A program made the translations under genes and the position numbers. Below are positions 51,697 through 61,896 of a stretch of 64,000 nt of DNA, in pieces. Under the pieces are notes generated by a model that was given only the letters and a program-made list of their open reading frames with translations, was not told the origin of the DNA and made no database searches. The stretch spans positions 416,001 through 480,000 of the forward strand of contig CAWCLO010000001.1 in assembly GCA_963796455.1 (NCBI GenBank), given 5' to 3'. Source of the DNA: Candidatus Sulfomarinibacteraceae bacterium (lineage in GTDB: Bacteria > Acidobacteriota > Thermoanaerobaculia > Thermoanaerobaculales > Sulfomarinibacteraceae). Every line of letters begins with the position of its first letter. Position 1 is the first letter of the stretch.

Positions 51697-52386
51697 ATGC
51701 ATATCCTCATCGTCGAGGACGAACGAATCCTGCGCGAGGGCCTCACCGAGCTGCTGACCGCGGCCGATCATCAGGTCACTGCCCACGAAAGTGGCAGGGA
51801 GGCCATCGAGAGCGGCACCCACGAAACCTTTGACCTGGTGCTCCTCGATCTCATGTTGCCCGACATGGACGGCGTCGAGGTCTGCCGCCGCCTTCGCCAG
51901 GCACGGCCTTCGCTTCCCATCTTCATGCTGACCGCTCGAGGCTCGGAGGACGACAAGGTCGCCGGGCTTGATGCCGGTGCCGACGACTATCTGACAAAAC
52001 CATTTGCGGTGCGCGAATTGCTGGCCCGAATCAACGCCCTGGCCCGCCGGGCTACGGCGACCCCGGCCGATCCCGAAATCGTATCCGTCGATGACTGCAC
52101 AATCGACCTCGGTCGACTGGAGGCCCGGCGAGCCGACCAAAGCGTGCAGCTCACCCCGCGCGAAGCCGGTATCCTGCGCTGGCTCCACCGCCATCGCTCA
52201 CGCGCAGTCAGCCGGTCGGAACTGCTCGAAAGGGTCTGGGGGGCGAGCGGAAAGCTGCAGACCCGGACGGTCGACATGACGGTCGCCAATCTCCGGCAGA
52301 AGATCGAACGGGATGCATCCGATCCGAAAATCGTGTTGACGGTCACCGGCGCCGGATACGCCTGGGGTGATGTCTCAGAATCATGA
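51697..52386 (+). CDS. OmpR-family response regulator
   Basis: ILIVEDE, LLDLMLP, LTAR, ADDYLTKPF and winged helix RTVDMTVANLRQKIE. Confidence 0.95.
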   Translation: MHILIVEDERILREGLTELLTAADHQVTAHESGREAIESGTHETFDLVLLDLMLPDMDGVEVCRRLRQARPSLPIFMLTARGSEDDKVAGLDAGADDYLTKPFAVRELLARINALARRATATPADPEIVSVDDCTIDLGRLEARRADQSVQLTPREAGILRWLHRHRSRAVSRSELLERVWGASGKLQTRTVDMTVANLRQKIERDASDPKIVLTVTGAGYAWGDVSES

Positions 52387-54092
52387 GGGCCACTCGCAGA
52401 GTCACCGTCGCGGCCATTCTGATCGGTGTGGCCGTGCTGCTGCCCACCGCGGCATGGTTTGTCTCAGGGTCGCGCGATGTTGCTCGGCGGGCGGCAAGCC
52501 TGGCCGCCGAAGCCGAAAGCCGGCTCAGATCCGAAATCGAACGTGAGGCCGACCGTCTCGGAGCCCGACTCGAGAATCTTCGCGCCCAGGAATCCGAACG
52601 CCCGTTTTTTCATTACCAGACCCTGTACCACGACCCCCGTGGCGCAGCCGAGGGCCTTTCGGTCACCCCATCGCCGCTAACCGCCGGAACCACCGATCCG
52701 CTGGTTCGTGCCCATTTTCAAATTGACGAGACCGGTGCGGTCAATCTGCCGTCGGTGAGCGAACGCTTCCCGGAACTGACGACAGGCGCAGATTTCGGCG
52801 CCTTGTGCGATCTGCTTTCCGAACTCCAGGATGCGGTGGTGCTGGCCGACGACCAGAGCCGTGCGGCGGCGGCCGTAGATGACGAACGGGTCCTGACCAT
52901 GACCGGCTATGAATGGGAGCAGATCGCGCTCGCGGATTCGGTCTATGCCACCATCACCGGCCGCCAGAACGATGCGACCGAGCCCGCACCGGCGGAGGCC
53001 GGCGTCGGAAGGGTCGCGGTTCGTGTGCGGTCGCTCCGCTGGCAGACCATGTTGTTGATCAGCGGACCGACCTTGGCAGCGGTGAGGGAAGTCCACACAC
53101 CTGTCGGCGTCGTTCTTCAGGGTTTTGCGGTCGCACCGGAGGCTGTTTCGCAATGGCTCTCCGCGGGCGCACTGGATCTGCGGTTTTCCGCGAGCCCGAT
53201 CGAGGCCGCCGATTCGATCATGGTGCTGGTCGGCGAAACGGGTTGGAATGTCTCTGCCTCGGCATCAGCAGCCCGCGAAGAGGCCGCACTGCAGGCCCGT
53301 GAGCTGGTTTCAGATTTTCACAGAAATTTCGCCATGCTCGGTCTGGCCGTCCTCCTGGCTGCCGCAGCGGTGGTGTGGATCCTCTTTCAGATCGACAGCC
53401 TTGCGACTCAGCGAGCCCGTTTTGCGGCGGCCGCAGCCCATGAACTCAAGACACCCTTGTCGGGTCTGCTGCTTCATTCGGAAATGTTGGCCGAAAACCT
53501 CGGAGATCCGGAACACCGCCAGAAGTACGCCGAAACGGTAACCAACGAAGCCGGCCGGCTCGGCCGGGTCATCAGCAATATGCTGGACCTCGCTCGCCTG
53601 GAAAGAGGTGGGTTGGTCGCCCAGGTGAGCGACGGTGACATCGGCCGGGTTGTCCGGGCGCGTATCGACCACGCACGAACACGGCTCGAAGAAGCGGGCG
53701 TCCAGATCGTGCTCGAGATTCCTCCGGATCGGACGTCGGCTCGCTTTGACGACGACGCCACCGGACAGATCCTCGACAATCTCCTGGATAACGCCGAAAA
53801 ACACACCCGCGGAATGACCGGTCGAACGATCCGCGTCGGTCTGTCAGAGGCCGCTTCGATATTCAGGGTGGAAGTGGCCGACAACGGTCCCGGCATCCCT
53901 CGAAACGCTCGACGAAGCCTCTTCAAACCATTCAATCGGCCGGCCTCGGCGGATGGCACCGCTGGTCTCGGTCTCGGGCTCGCCCTCGCCCGCAGCCTGG
54001 CCCGCGCGCAGGGCGGCGATCTCGCACTCGACCCTCACCACACCGTCGGCGCCACCTTTGTGCTCACCGTGCCGAAGTCCACAACAGCCTAA
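52383..54092 (+). CDS. Membrane sensor histidine kinase
   Basis: Two transmembrane segments, AHELKTPL, NLLDNAEK, DNGPGI and GLGLGLA. ATGA overlap with the regulator. Confidence 0.93.
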   Translation: MRATRRVTVAAILIGVAVLLPTAAWFVSGSRDVARRAASLAAEAESRLRSEIEREADRLGARLENLRAQESERPFFHYQTLYHDPRGAAEGLSVTPSPLTAGTTDPLVRAHFQIDETGAVNLPSVSERFPELTTGADFGALCDLLSELQDAVVLADDQSRAAAAVDDERVLTMTGYEWEQIALADSVYATITGRQNDATEPAPAEAGVGRVAVRVRSLRWQTMLLISGPTLAAVREVHTPVGVVLQGFAVAPEAVSQWLSAGALDLRFSASPIEAADSIMVLVGETGWNVSASASAAREEAALQARELVSDFHRNFAMLGLAVLLAAAAVVWILFQIDSLATQRARFAAAAAHELKTPLSGLLLHSEMLAENLGDPEHRQKYAETVTNEAGRLGRVISNMLDLARLERGGLVAQVSDGDIGRVVRARIDHARTRLEEAGVQIVLEIPPDRTSARFDDDATGQILDNLLDNAEKHTRGMTGRTIRVGLSEAASIFRVEVADNGPGIPRNARRSLFKPFNRPASADGTAGLGLGLALARSLARAQGGDLALDPHHTVGATFVLTVPKSTTA

Positions 54093-54096
54093 GGAA

Positions 54097-54660
54097 GATG
54101 CTGGATGCAGGACCACTCCTGCCAGGTGTGAGTTCGGGCAGCGAACAGTGGCCAGCGGCAGCGGCAGAGAGCAGCGACAGCGACAGTTGGCAGCGACAGT
54201 GTCCAGGGGGCAGGGACAGCGAACAGTGGCCAGGTGCAGTGACGGCGAGGCCACCTCCGGGTCGTTCAAAAGAAGGGGTAGCCGGTGGGCGGCCGATTCG
54301 GTAGAGACCGATTGAACCACTGGAGAATCGCCTACGCCTCGGCCAAAGAGGTCGACAGCCACTTGGAACTCCTCGCCCACGCCGGGGCGATCAGCCCGAA
54401 GGGAGCCAGTGAAGCGATGCACGCTTTCGATCAAGTCCGCGCGATGACCTGGCGACTGTTGAACCCGACGAAGTGAGAGCTTTTCACCGGCGCTGTCGCT
54501 GCCCCGGCGCTGATTGCTGACGCTGGTGACTGAACGCTGCCGCTGACTCCTGCTCGCTGTCGCTGAATTCTGTCGCTGTCCCTGTACGATATCGAAACTC
54601 TGTCTTGGACAAGAGTGATCCTGCATCCGCATCGCAGCATCCAGCATCCAGCATCCAGTG
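54097..54660. repeat. Palindromic CAGCGA/TCGCTG cassette enclosing a gene remnant
   Basis: GATGCTGGATGC...CAGCGACAG arm and CTGTCGCTG...GCATCCAGCATC arm. Shares blocks with 39,395-39,640. Confidence 0.75.
54285..54476 (+). pseudogene. 5'-truncated four-helix-bundle (23S IVS protein-like) gene
   Basis: GRFGRDRLNHWRIAYASAKEVDSHL...DQVRAMTWRL resembles the C-terminal half of four-helix-bundle proteins. An in-frame TAG lies just upstream and the N-terminal half is absent. Confidence 0.6.
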
Positions 54661-54688
54661 ATTGTCCCCTGCTGTTTGCGGTTCTACC

Positions 54689-55627
54689 TCAGCCTCCCCC
54701 GCCATCAATTACCTGGGTATTGGGGTAAAAATTCGACCAGGCAAACCAGAAGACGGAGGTCACGGGGATGCTTTCCTGCTTTGATTCCGACCCGGCCGCC
54801 GATTGAATATGGGCCCTGACTCCGCCATCGGCCGCCCGGTTGAAAACCACCGACGTCCCACCCAGATCCACGGTGATCGGTTCGCCGGCCGCGAGGGCTT
54901 CCTCGGTCACCGCCACCGCATGGGGACCGAGGGTTGCCCCGTAAACCAGGGTCTTTCCCGCCATCTGTTCGTGCAACCATTGGGCTCGGAATAGACCCAT
55001 TCGATCGGGGTTGTCGAAATATTTCTGATAGTGAGAAGACCGCACTTCTTCACTCTTTTTCAGCAGGGTCGTGTCGGGATGGGCGCGATACCAGTCCTCC
55101 CACCTCGTCTGTACCGAATCGAGGACTTGAAGCTGGGTGCCCTGGTGGGGTCCCTTGAGTGCGCGACCGGTGATATGACTCCACCAGGTCTCCGTCTCTC
55201 GGTCGAGCATGATCAGGCTATTTCGCCACAACATTCCCGAAACCTGGAAAGTGTAGGTATTCGATCGCAGCGTGCGGGCGTAGACCACGCCCGTGTGACA
55301 GAGAGGTCACCAGGTGGCGGCGATGGCGGTTCCCGCCAGCTCGTCGTTGACGATTTCATGGGCATCGAGATGCCACAGCGAGTACGCTCGCGCCTTGCCG
55401 CCGATCACGATGCCCAGGACCGGCTCGTCACTGTCCATCTGCGCGTCGGCGGCGTCTCCGATGAGGAATTCGGGCTCGTCAATTGCCGGGATACCGCCCA
55501 CCGGGAGGAGTCTGTAAACATCGTCCCCGGCTAGTGTCGTCACAACCTCGGGCTCCGGTCGTTGGGCAAAAACGGGTTGCGCCGCAACGGTCACAATCGA
55601 ACAGACAAATACCGTCAGTAATCTCAT
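54689..55627 (-). CDS. DUF3179-family selenoprotein (UxxC), secreted
   Basis: ORFs 55307..55696 and 54689..55288 are in frame across a single TGA: HEIVND...ATW-U-PLCHTG...VSGMLWRNSLIMLDRETETWW...FWFAW. Signal peptide from ATG 55627 with GGAG SD. Confidence 0.88.
55275..55293 (-). promoter_or_regulatory. Candidate bacterial SECIS hairpin
   Basis: CGGGCGU-GGUCU-ACGCCCG stem begins 13 nt after the UGA, with G at the start of the apical loop. Confidence 0.7.
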
Positions 55628-55765
55628 TGAACTCTCCATGGATTCAGTGTGCTCGGGATCCGGATCGGTTACGCGATCCAAGCGCACGAGATGCAAGGGA
55701 CTATAGCGCCTGAGACAACCCGGCCCTCTGCCGGTTTCTTCCGCGCCGCCCGACCCGACGAGAAT

Positions 55766-57493
55766 TCAGCCCTTTTCGGGAGCCGAAATATAACCGAGAC
55801 GATCGAGGCAGAGGAGCACTTCACGGGCCGCTTCCGAGGGAGTCAGAATGGCGGTGTTGATGACCACGTCGGCGTCGGCCGGTTCCTGATAGGGATCGGA
55901 GACGCCGGTGAATTCCTTGATGATGCCGGCCCGGGCCTTGGCATACATTCCCTTGCGGTCTCTCGCCTCACAGACTTCGATCGGCGTCGACACGTGGACC
56001 AATACGAATCCACCGCATGGCTCCACCATCTCGCGGACCTCCCGCCTGACGACGTCGTAGGGAGCGATGGGAGCACAGATCGCGACTCCGCCGGCACGGG
56101 TGATTTCCGCCGCCACAAAACCGATCCGGCGGATGTTGAGATCACGATGTTCCTTGGAAAAACCGAGATTTGACGAAAGATTGGCGCGGACCAGATCGCC
56201 ATCGAGCAGCGACACCCCACGGCCCCCGATCTCGAGGAGTTTGATCCGTAATACGTTGGCGACGGTGGATTTTCCCGATCCCGACAAACCGGTCAAAAAA
56301 ACGGTAAAACCCTGGGCGGCGCGAGTTGGATGGCGGCGGTGGAGCTCCTCGGCAACCGATGGATAGGTGAACCACGAAGGAATTTCGCGGCCGTCCTCGA
56401 GCCTGCGGCGGATTTCGACCGGATCGATGGACATGACCCGGCTCCCCTCCGGAACCGCCTCGGCATTCGTGAAACTTTGACTGTCTTCAAGATAAATCAT
56501 CGAGCGCGCCGGCACCCATCCGACAACGAGTTCTTCCGCATATTCATCGAAGACGGCGGCCACCTCGTTCGCCTCGTAGGTCGGAGCACCGAGAGTCTCG
56601 AGGATCGAGCCGGCCCCGTTCTTGTCCACCATCAGGTGGGTGCAGCCATAGTTCTTGTGAACGATCGCGTGGAGCAATGCTTCGTTTTCGCCCCCACCCC
56701 TCAGCGCCATGGGAAGCAGATTGAGCCGCGCCATGGTTTTCGGAAAATGGGGCATCAATGCCTGATAGCACCTGATGCGCGTGTGGTGGTCCGCATCGCC
56801 GGGCAGCCCCCGCCCCACGACCGGGTGGATCAGGAGATTCGAGCCGGTCTCCCTGGCCGCCTCGACGGTCATGGCCAGCTGCGCTTTGTGAATAGTTCGG
56901 TGGGTCTGAAATGCGATGACACGGCGCCAGCCCAGACGAGAAAACTCTCGTCGCAGTTCCCGTGGCGTCAGACGCAGCTCGCGGTAGTCAAAATGAAGCG
57001 GCAGCTGCAGACCTTCAATCCGGCCCGCTACAGAATGCCGGGTCGCACGATGGAGATGCTGCGCGATCTCGGGCCGAGATCTGTCGTCGGAACCAAACAG
57101 TGCCAGGACTTCGGCGTCACGATCCGGTTTGAAGATTTCGTCGACCACGATGGCCGCGAGCATCACGCCTTCGCCGTCCCGTAGAGCCAGGGGCGCACCG
57201 GGCTCCAGAGACCGGGCAAGCTCGTCACTGATGTCGAGGGTCACCGGGAGTGGCCACAGGGTGCCGTCCGCCAGGTGGAGATCGGCACATACCGACTGGT
57301 AATCCGCCGCTCCCATGAATCCCTGCAGCGGAGAGTACCCGCCGTTGAGTAAGAGCTCCAGATCGCAGAGCTGGCGCGGGCTGAGGTCCATCGACGGCCA
57401 CTCACGCGATTGTTCGCGTATTTCCTTCGCACGTGGCTCATCGACGATCAGGTCGACCAGCCGAGAGCCGTGGGGAGAGATGAGATGATCCAA
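55766..57493 (-). CDS. cysC: Sat-CysC fusion: degenerate ATP sulfurylase domain plus intact adenylylsulfate kinase
   Basis: HLISPHG, DLELLLNGGYSPLQGFM. Kinase motifs GLSGSGKST, LLDGD, RRIGFVA and CEARDRKGMYAKARAG. Start taken as TTG 57493. Confidence 0.88.
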   Translation of the reverse strand: MDHLISPHGSRLVDLIVDEPRAKEIREQSREWPSMDLSPRQLCDLELLLNGGYSPLQGFMGAADYQSVCADLHLADGTLWPLPVTLDISDELARSLEPGAPLALRDGEGVMLAAIVVDEIFKPDRDAEVLALFGSDDRSRPEIAQHLHRATRHSVAGRIEGLQLPLHFDYRELRLTPRELRREFSRLGWRRVIAFQTHRTIHKAQLAMTVEAARETGSNLLIHPVVGRGLPGDADHHTRIRCYQALMPHFPKTMARLNLLPMALRGGGENEALLHAIVHKNYGCTHLMVDKNGAGSILETLGAPTYEANEVAAVFDEYAEELVVGWVPARSMIYLEDSQSFTNAEAVPEGSRVMSIDPVEIRRRLEDGREIPSWFTYPSVAEELHRRHPTRAAQGFTVFLTGLSGSGKSTVANVLRIKLLEIGGRGVSLLDGDLVRANLSSNLGFSKEHRDLNIRRIGFVAAEITRAGGVAICAPIAPYDVVRREVREMVEPCGGFVLVHVSTPIEVCEARDRKGMYAKARAGIIKEFTGVSDPYQEPADADVVINTAILTPSEAAREVLLCLDRLGYISAPEKG

Positions 57494-57619
57494 TAGTGTC
57501 TCCGAGGCGCGAGATTGTAACGCACCTTGTCGTGATTTCCTGCCTCGACGAACTCCATTCCCAATTTTCGGCGACCGCCCGAGGGGCGAGCGCGGAAACA
57601 AAAGGAGGTAGAAGAGTCA

Positions 57620-58093
57620 CTACACCAGAACCGGCATCCTCCAGGTCGGGGTGTACTGAAAGATCAACCGGGTCTGGATGTGGTCCACCTCGTCGCGGGT
57701 GGTGAAGGAATCCAGCGCGAGATCTCTCAGATGATCAGAATCTCGCACCGCCACGTGAACCAGAAAGTCATCCCCGCCGGTGACGTGGAAGACGCTCCGC
57801 ACCTCGGCAAGCTCGACCACATAAGCCCTGAAGTCTTCCACGAGATCCCGCGAATGGCGCCGCAGCCGGACCGCGATCATCGCCTCGAGACCGACCCCGA
57901 AGGCAGCCGGATCGATTTCGGCATGGTGACCGCGCAGCACTCCGAGACGAAGCAATCGCCGAACCCGTTCGAGACAGGTGGAGGGTGCGATTCCCACCGC
58001 CTCCGCAAGTCGATTGTTCGCCACCCGAGCATCCTTTTGCAGAATCGTGAGAATGGCGAAGTCGATTCGGTCGAGATCCTCGAGGCTCTTCAT
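57620..58093 (-). CDS. Lrp/AsnC-family transcriptional regulator
   Basis: LDRIDFAILTILQKDAR...LAEAVGIAPSTCLERVRRL and HVTGGDDFLVHV. Confidence 0.95.
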   Translation of the reverse strand: MKSLEDLDRIDFAILTILQKDARVANNRLAEAVGIAPSTCLERVRRLLRLGVLRGHHAEIDPAAFGVGLEAMIAVRLRRHSRDLVEDFRAYVVELAEVRSVFHVTGGDDFLVHVAVRDSDHLRDLALDSFTTRDEVDHIQTRLIFQYTPTWRMPVLV

Positions 58094-58234
58094 AAATCGA
58101 ACTATATTCGGTTTCTTGCCAGAAGCAAGAATCTTCTCTTAAAATCTAAAAGTTCCAAGAATTATTGTCGTTTTCGAGACAGATTTTCAGAATCAGAATT
58201 CGAAAACCAGATCACAAACAAAACCGGAGGTCCC

Positions 58235-59533
58235 ATGAAATTCGATCTTCTCTCGACCCGCGATATCGCCGCCATCGATGCCCTCAAGCAGCACTACGGG
58301 GGGGCGACCGCCATCAGCGAGGCCATCCGGGATCGGCGTGATCTCGCCACCAGGCTTCAACTTCTCGAAAACCAGGGATACGGTGAGATGATGGCCGATG
58401 CCACCCGATTGGTCGACCGCTTTGCAAAGATCGAAGAATTCGAAGGGTCGCTCGAATCCTCCTACCGGTCAGACTTCGGCATCGCGACTTCCCAGGTTTC
58501 CGGTTTTCAGGGCGCGAAGGTCACCCATCGTTCAATGGTGCAGATGGCCGAAAGCGCCGGGACCGATGACCCCTGCTGGGTTCCATCCGAGTTCATCTCG
58601 GTGGTGGCCTTGACCGAGAACTATGTCTACTCCGGCGATCTCATGGCGACCCTCACAATGGCCGAAAACATCATGGGTGCATCGAAATTCTGCAGCACCA
58701 ATCTGATCGGCACGCCGCTGCCGAGCCATCGATTCGCCACCCTTGAATCGATCACTGGAAAGACCTTCGAAACCATGGATCTCGGTAACGGCATGTCACA
58801 GATCATCCTCAAAAACATGGGCACCGCGTTTGGCAACCTGGGTGGTGTCGAGGTCGCGAACGACAACCACCTGGTCTATCTTGACGGCGTGATTCGCGCC
58901 GCGATGGAAACCGGCAACGATTTCTTCCTCAATCCCTCGTGGTCATCCATCATCGCGGCTTGCTATTTCGCACGGGATATTCCGAACCTCCGCTTCAAGG
59001 TCTCGATGCTCTTGTCGACTCAGAATCTCATGCAGTTCCGGATGTTGCTCAATATCATGTCGACATACCTTCGCGACGATCAGGCATCACCGATCTACGA
59101 GATCAACATCGGCAACGGCGTGTCCCCCGAAAACTTCATCCTTTGTTCGGAAGAGCTCGACCGAAGCGGGATTCGTGGTCTGAGCTTGGCGGCCCATTTA
59201 CGGATCAATCCTGATCTCGGACTGCCTGATTTCGACTGGACCGACAACGCGTTCAAGGTTCTCGAAAACGGCACCAATCTGACCTTCAAATATGAATCGG
59301 ACGGCACGGCGCGTGATTTCGACACCATGGAGGCCTACTTCATGCCGGAGGAGGAGCGGGCAAAGGTCGCCGACACCATCGGCGACGTGATCTACTACAA
59401 ATCCCTTCGCGCTTCCATGGACGGGCGTGAGATGATGCGGCGCGGCATTCGAACCCGTTTCGGGGCGGCATCCTATCGCGCAAACGCCCCGGCAGACCCG
59501 ACCCACGGAGATATGGAAGCGGCCGCAGTCTGA
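58235..59533 (+). CDS. Hypothetical protein (432 aa), first gene of the Lrp-divergent operon
   Basis: GGAGG SD before ATG 58235 and a long open frame. No family recognised. Confidence 0.8.
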   Translation: MKFDLLSTRDIAAIDALKQHYGGATAISEAIRDRRDLATRLQLLENQGYGEMMADATRLVDRFAKIEEFEGSLESSYRSDFGIATSQVSGFQGAKVTHRSMVQMAESAGTDDPCWVPSEFISVVALTENYVYSGDLMATLTMAENIMGASKFCSTNLIGTPLPSHRFATLESITGKTFETMDLGNGMSQIILKNMGTAFGNLGGVEVANDNHLVYLDGVIRAAMETGNDFFLNPSWSSIIAACYFARDIPNLRFKVSMLLSTQNLMQFRMLLNIMSTYLRDDQASPIYEINIGNGVSPENFILCSEELDRSGIRGLSLAAHLRINPDLGLPDFDWTDNAFKVLENGTNLTFKYESDGTARDFDTMEAYFMPEEERAKVADTIGDVIYYKSLRASMDGREMMRRGIRTRFGAASYRANAPADPTHGDMEAAAV

Positions 59534-59578
59534 CGGGAATCCAGATGAGCGATTCGCCCTCGTATCAAGGAGGCAATC

Positions 59579-60799
59579 TTGAAGGATGAGTGGCGTGCGA
59601 GATTTGCGGAAAACGTCAGGGACTACCAGGGATACCTGATCGGCAAAACAATCCAGTATCTGTCCGACCCCGAGATCATCTCTCTCGCGGGCGGGCTCCC
59701 TTCACCGGATGTCTTCCAGCGCTCAGAGCTTCGACAGGCGACGGGTGAGGCCTTCGACAGGGCCATCGATCGAATCATGCAATACTCACCAATACCCGGT
59801 GAAGAAGCCTTGATCGAAGCCGTTCTGAGATTCCTGGAACGCGATCAGATCTACCTCGAACGCAATGAAATCGTCATCACGAGCGGCGGACAATCGGGGC
59901 TGGACATCACCGGTCGGTTGTTCCTCCAACCCGACGATGTGGTCCTGGTGGACCGTCCCACCTTCGCCGGCGCCCTCGTGGCCTTTCAAATGCAAAAACC
60001 TCGTTTCGTAGGCGTCAACATCGAAGAAGATGGATCGAATGTGGGGGGCATGCGAGACCGTCTCGAAGAGCTCGCCCAACAAGGCACGAAGCCAAAACTC
60101 ATCTATGTCGTGCCCGATTTCCAGAATCCCACCGGCATCACCATCAGCCACGCCAAACGGGAGGCGCTGCTCGACCTCAGCTACGAATACGACGTCCCGA
60201 TCGTCGAAGACAGCCCCTACCGCGATCTTCGCTACGCCGGAGAGACCATTCCAGCGATTTACACCCTCGACCAACAGCGAGATGGCGGACACGTCATCGG
60301 CCTGTACACATTTTCGAAGCTGTTCTGTCCCGGCATCAGAGTCGGATTCAATATCGGACCGAACGAGGTCATAACCGGGATGACCCACATCAAGGAAGGC
60401 GGGGTTCTCAACACACCGAAGTGGAACCAGGACATGTGCACCGCCTTTCTAGAGGACATGGGTCTCGAAGAACACCTCGAAAAATGTCGAGACTATTATC
60501 GCGAAAAACTCGACACATTTCTGCGTACGATGACTCAATATTTCCCGCCGGAAACAGGCGTCACATGGACCCAACCTGAAGGCGGACTTTTTTTGTGGGT
60601 TTCCGTTCCAAAGAAACTCGATACCGACGAATTATTCTTTGATGCGATAGAACATAAAGTTGCCTTCGTTCCTGGAGCTCTCTTCTATGGAGAAAATCCC
60701 GAGAAAAATCACATGAGAATCAATTTTTCTTTTGTCTCGAAAGAAGACCTCGAAGAGGCCGTCAAGCGTCTCGCTAACTGCATCAAAGGAAAACTATAA
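59579..60799 (+). CDS. PLP-dependent class I aminotransferase (LysN/MocR-like)
   Basis: ISLAGGLP, YVVPDFQNPTG, IVEDSPY, TFSKLFCPGIRVG, PEGGLFLW and MRINFS. Confidence 0.92.
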   Translation: MKDEWRARFAENVRDYQGYLIGKTIQYLSDPEIISLAGGLPSPDVFQRSELRQATGEAFDRAIDRIMQYSPIPGEEALIEAVLRFLERDQIYLERNEIVITSGGQSGLDITGRLFLQPDDVVLVDRPTFAGALVAFQMQKPRFVGVNIEEDGSNVGGMRDRLEELAQQGTKPKLIYVVPDFQNPTGITISHAKREALLDLSYEYDVPIVEDSPYRDLRYAGETIPAIYTLDQQRDGGHVIGLYTFSKLFCPGIRVGFNIGPNEVITGMTHIKEGGVLNTPKWNQDMCTAFLEDMGLEEHLEKCRDYYREKLDTFLRTMTQYFPPETGVTWTQPEGGLFLWVSVPKKLDTDELFFDAIEHKVAFVPGALFYGENPEKNHMRINFSFVSKEDLEEAVKRLANCIKGKL

Positions 60800-60871
60800 A
60801 AATATTCTTTATCATATGTTTAACAACGAATAACCTCCATGAAAAGTCAATATTCTGAAGAGGAGCATTGT

Positions 60872-61894
60872 ATGCGTTTATTGTTTGTAGGTTTTGGAAC
60901 CGTCGCACAAGGATTGTCAGAACTTTTGATCGAAAAGAAAGACGAACTCCAGAAAGAATATGGTCTCGAATGGAGCGTCACCGGCATCGTTGATATGCTC
61001 AAAGGATCGGCCTATAATCCAGACGGGATCGATTTGGAAGAAATCATGAAATTGGTTTCTGACGGCGATTCAATTTCCGATTATTCCAAAGGCGGATGCG
61101 CCTGGAACGCACTCGAAATGATTTCCAATTGTGACGCGGACGTGATGCTCGAGCTGACCTATACCGATATCAAAAGCGGCCAACCGGCCACCGACCACAT
61201 CCGCGCCGCGCTTGCCCGCGGCATGCACGTGACCACGACCAACAAGGGCCCGCTGGCTCTTTTTTCCAATGAACTTGTGGATCTCGCCGACAGCAACCAT
61301 GTTCAGTTTCTTTTCGAAGGAACGGTCATGGCGGGAACGCCCCTCCTGAATCTCATCCGCGACACTCTCGCCGGATCCGAGATCAACGAGATGCAGGGGA
61401 TCCTCAACGGTACGACCAACTACATCCTGACCCAGATGGAAGCGGGGATGGATTACTCCGCCGCACTCGCCCAGGCCCAGGAACTCGGCTATGCCGAAGC
61501 TGTCCCGGACGCGGACGTGCTCGGTTGGGATGCCCTGGCCAAAGTGACGATTCTGGCCAACGTCGTTTTTGGCGCCTCCCTGTCACCTGACGACAGCCCG
61601 TGCACCGGCATCACCGAGATCACACCGGCGGACATCGCGGCCGCGGCTGCGGACGGAAAACGCCACAAACTGATCGGGAGGGTGTGGCGCGACGGGGATG
61701 AGGTCAAGGCCTCGGTGGCCCCTCAACTGATGGATCTGTCGCACCCGCTGGCGGGTGTGGGCGGCGCCACCAATGCCATGACCATCACCACCGACACGCT
61801 CGGAGATGTCACGATCGTCGGTCCCGGCGCGGGCCGGAGAGAGACCGGCTTCTCGCTATTGAACGATTTGATCACCATCGCGACCAGGAGCTGA
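60872..61894 (+). CDS. hom: Homoserine dehydrogenase (short form, no ACT domain)
   Basis: GFGTVA, TTNKGP, FEGTVMAGTP, GILNGTTNYIL, LGYAEA and GPGAGRRET. Confidence 0.88.
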   Translation: MRLLFVGFGTVAQGLSELLIEKKDELQKEYGLEWSVTGIVDMLKGSAYNPDGIDLEEIMKLVSDGDSISDYSKGGCAWNALEMISNCDADVMLELTYTDIKSGQPATDHIRAALARGMHVTTTNKGPLALFSNELVDLADSNHVQFLFEGTVMAGTPLLNLIRDTLAGSEINEMQGILNGTTNYILTQMEAGMDYSAALAQAQELGYAEAVPDADVLGWDALAKVTILANVVFGASLSPDDSPCTGITEITPADIAAAAADGKRHKLIGRVWRDGDEVKASVAPQLMDLSHPLAGVGGATNAMTITTDTLGDVTIVGPGAGRRETGFSLLNDLITIATRS

Positions 61895-61896
61895 AG

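Noticed and set aside
55500..57601. Track starts at 57,601 (sat-cysC) and 55,696 (DUF3179)
   Set aside because: The upstream extensions lack family-like sequence. The downstream starts fit the domain boundaries better.
57680..58234. N-terminal 185 aa of the 617-aa ORF
   Set aside because: It overlaps the Lrp gene antisense. A strong SD and ATG at 58,235 mark the likely start.
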